From the NCBI GenBank assembly GCA_002269645.1, contig NIVC01000032.1, positions 124,001 to 188,000 on the forward strand: DNA of 64,000 nucleotides, read 5' to 3'. Positions 62,101-64,000 of the stretch are shown here, piece after piece (positions within the stretch are counted from its first letter, which is position 1; each line of letters starts with the position of its first letter). The position numbers and the translations under genes are program-made. The notes under the pieces are model-generated. The model was not told where the DNA came from and ran no database searches. It saw only the letters and a list, made by a program, of their open reading frames with translations. The stretch is from Macrostomum lignano. Lineage: Eukaryota.

Positions 62101-64000
62101 AGATGCTTGCTATCTGGGGATGCTTGCTATCTGGGGGGATGCTTGCTATCTGGGGAGATGCTTGCTATCTGGGGATGCTTGCTATCTGGGTGGATGCTTG
62201 CTATCTGGGGAGATGCTTGCTATCTGGGGGGATGCTTGCTATCTGGGGGATGCTTGCTATCTGGGGGATGCTTGCTATCTCGGGAGATGCTTGCTATCTG
62301 GGGATGCTTGCTATCTGGGGAGATGCTTGCTATCTGGGGATGCTTGCTATATGGGGATGCTTGCTATCTGGGGAGATGCTTGCTATCTGGGGGATGCTTG
62401 CTATCTGGGGGGGGGGGGTGCTTGCTATCTGGGGAGATGCTTGCTATCTGGGTGGATGCTTGCCATCTGGGGAGATGCTTGCTATCTGGGTGGATGCTTG
62501 CTATCTGGGTGGATGCTTGCTATCTGGGGTGATGCTTGCTATCTGGGGGGATGCTTGCTATCTGGGGGGATGCTTGCTATCTGGGGGGATGCTTGCTATC
62601 TGGGTATGCTTGCTATCTGGGGATGCTTGCTATCTGGGGGGATGCTTGCTATCTCGGGAGATGCTTGCTATCTGGGGATGCTTGCTATCTGGGTGGATGC
62701 TTGGATTGCTTGCTATCTGGGGATGCTTGCTATCTGGGGATGCTTGCTATCTGGGGAGATGCTTGCTATCTGGGGAGATGCTTGCTATCTGGGGAGATGC
62801 TTGCTATCTGGGGAGATGCTTGCTATCTGGGGATGCTTGCTATCTGGGTGGATGCTTGCTATCTGGGGAGATGCTTGCTATCTGGGTGGATGCTTGGATT
62901 GCTTGCTATCTGGGGGGATGCTTGCTATCTGGGGAGATGCTTGCTATCTGGGGATGCTTGCTCTCTGGGGAGATGCTTGGATTGCTTGCTATCTGGGGAG
63001 ATGCTTGGATTGCTTGCTATCTGGGGAGATGCTTGCTATCTGGGGATGCTTGCTATCTGGGTGGATGCTTGGATTGCTTGCTATCTGGGGATGCTTGCTA
63101 TCTGGGGATGCTTGCTATCTGGGGATGCTTGCTATCTGGGGATGCTTGCTATCTGGGGATGCTTGCTATCTGGGGATGCTTGCTATCTGGGGATGCTTGC
63201 TATCTGGGTGGATGCTTGGATTGCTTGCTATCTGGGGATGCTTGCTATCTGGGTGGATGCTTGGATTGCTTGCTATCTGGGGATGCTTGCTATCTGGGGA
63301 TGCTTGCTATCTGGGGAGATGCTTGCTATCTGGGGAGATGCTTGCTATCTGGGTGGATGCTTGGATTGCTTGCTATCTGGGGATGCTTGCTATCTGGGGA
63401 TGCTTGCTATCTGGGGAGATGCTTGCTATCTGGGAGATGCTTGCTATCTGGGGAGATGCTTGCTATCTGGGGAGATGCTTGCTATCTGGGGATGCTTGCT
63501 ATCTGGGTGGATGCTTGCTATCTGGGGAGATGCTTGCTATCTGGGTGGATGCTTGCTATCTGGGGGGATGCTTGCTATCTGGGGGGATGCTTGCTATCTG
63601 GGTGGATGCTTGGATTGCTTGCTATCTGGGGGGATGCTTGCTATCTGGGGAGATGCTTGCTATCTGGGGATGCTTGCTATCTGGGGAGATGCTTGCTATC
63701 TGGGGATGCTTGCTATCTGGGTGGATGCTTGCTATCTGGGGAGATGCTTGCTATCTGGGTGGATGCTTGCTATCTGGGGGGATGCTTGCTATCTGGGGGG
63801 ATGCTTGCTATCTCGGGAGATGCTTGCTATCTGGGGATGCTTGCTATCTGGGGAGATGCTTGCTATCTGGGGAGATGCTTGCTATCTGGGTGGATGCTTG
63901 CTATCTGGGGGATGCTTGCTATCTAGGGGATGCTTGCTATCTCGGGAGATGCTTGCTATCTGGGGATGCTTGCTATCTGGGGAGATGCTTGCTATCTGGG
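14103..64000. repeat. Giant G-rich satellite array (~50 kb, continues past the window end), core ATGCTTGCTATCTGGGG with 17/18/19-bp and 26-28-bp variants and kb-scale higher-order repeats
   Basis: Uninterrupted head-to-tail monomers: core plus nothing, AG, G or GG; core with GGGTGG ending; extended form ATGCTTGGATTGCTTGCTATCTGGGG. Roughly 2,700 monomers (length divided by ~18.5 bp, an estimate). No unique sequence seen inside. Confidence 0.98.

Noticed and set aside
14089-63926. Giant plus-strand ORFs (up to 9667 aa) of MLAIWG / CLLSG / DACYLG repeats
   Set aside because: The monomer lacks TAA, TAG and TGA on plus, so all three frames are open and give the same peptides as unit lengths shift the frame. 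ORFs end only at rare variants such as GGTGATG or CTAGG. There is no codon-phase conservation and no unique domain.
14103-64000. CRISPR array or telomeric repeat
   Set aside because: No unique spacers between repeats, no cas genes, eukaryotic context; the 17-28 bp heterogeneous unit does not match a canonical short telomerase repeat.

Overview
Eukaryotic (animal-like) genomic DNA with GT-AG introns, AT-rich spacers and GC-rich coding blocks; a flatworm or other invertebrate origin is my impression only. The first ~14 kb contains: (1) a convergent pair of paralogous NHL beta-propeller genes, one intact (B-box-like/coiled-coil/NHL, 2019-3722, minus) and one partial and frameshifted (1-649, plus), which differ mainly in the predicted ligand-binding loops; (2) a 65-bp VNTR; (3) a decayed DD34D mariner transposase split at its second catalytic Asp by a 1.7-kb non-autonomous TIR element with a CAA target-site duplication; (4) the last five coding exons of an SLC18B1-like MFS transporter on the minus strand, which join into one open frame. 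Each large intron of the transporter gene holds a different tandem repeat, and one is a 51-bp minisatellite built from the 3' splice site itself. From ~14,103 to the window end (~50 kb) there is a single G-rich satellite (core ATGCTTGCTATCTGGGG, 17-28 bp variants) with kb-scale higher-order structure. It lies where the intron preceding the first visible SLC18B1 exon must be. The giant ORFs in it (up to 9667 aa) arise because the monomer has no stop codon on the plus strand, and are not genes. No rRNA, tRNA or CRISPR array is supported. All coordinates and counts were read by eye; no database search was run.
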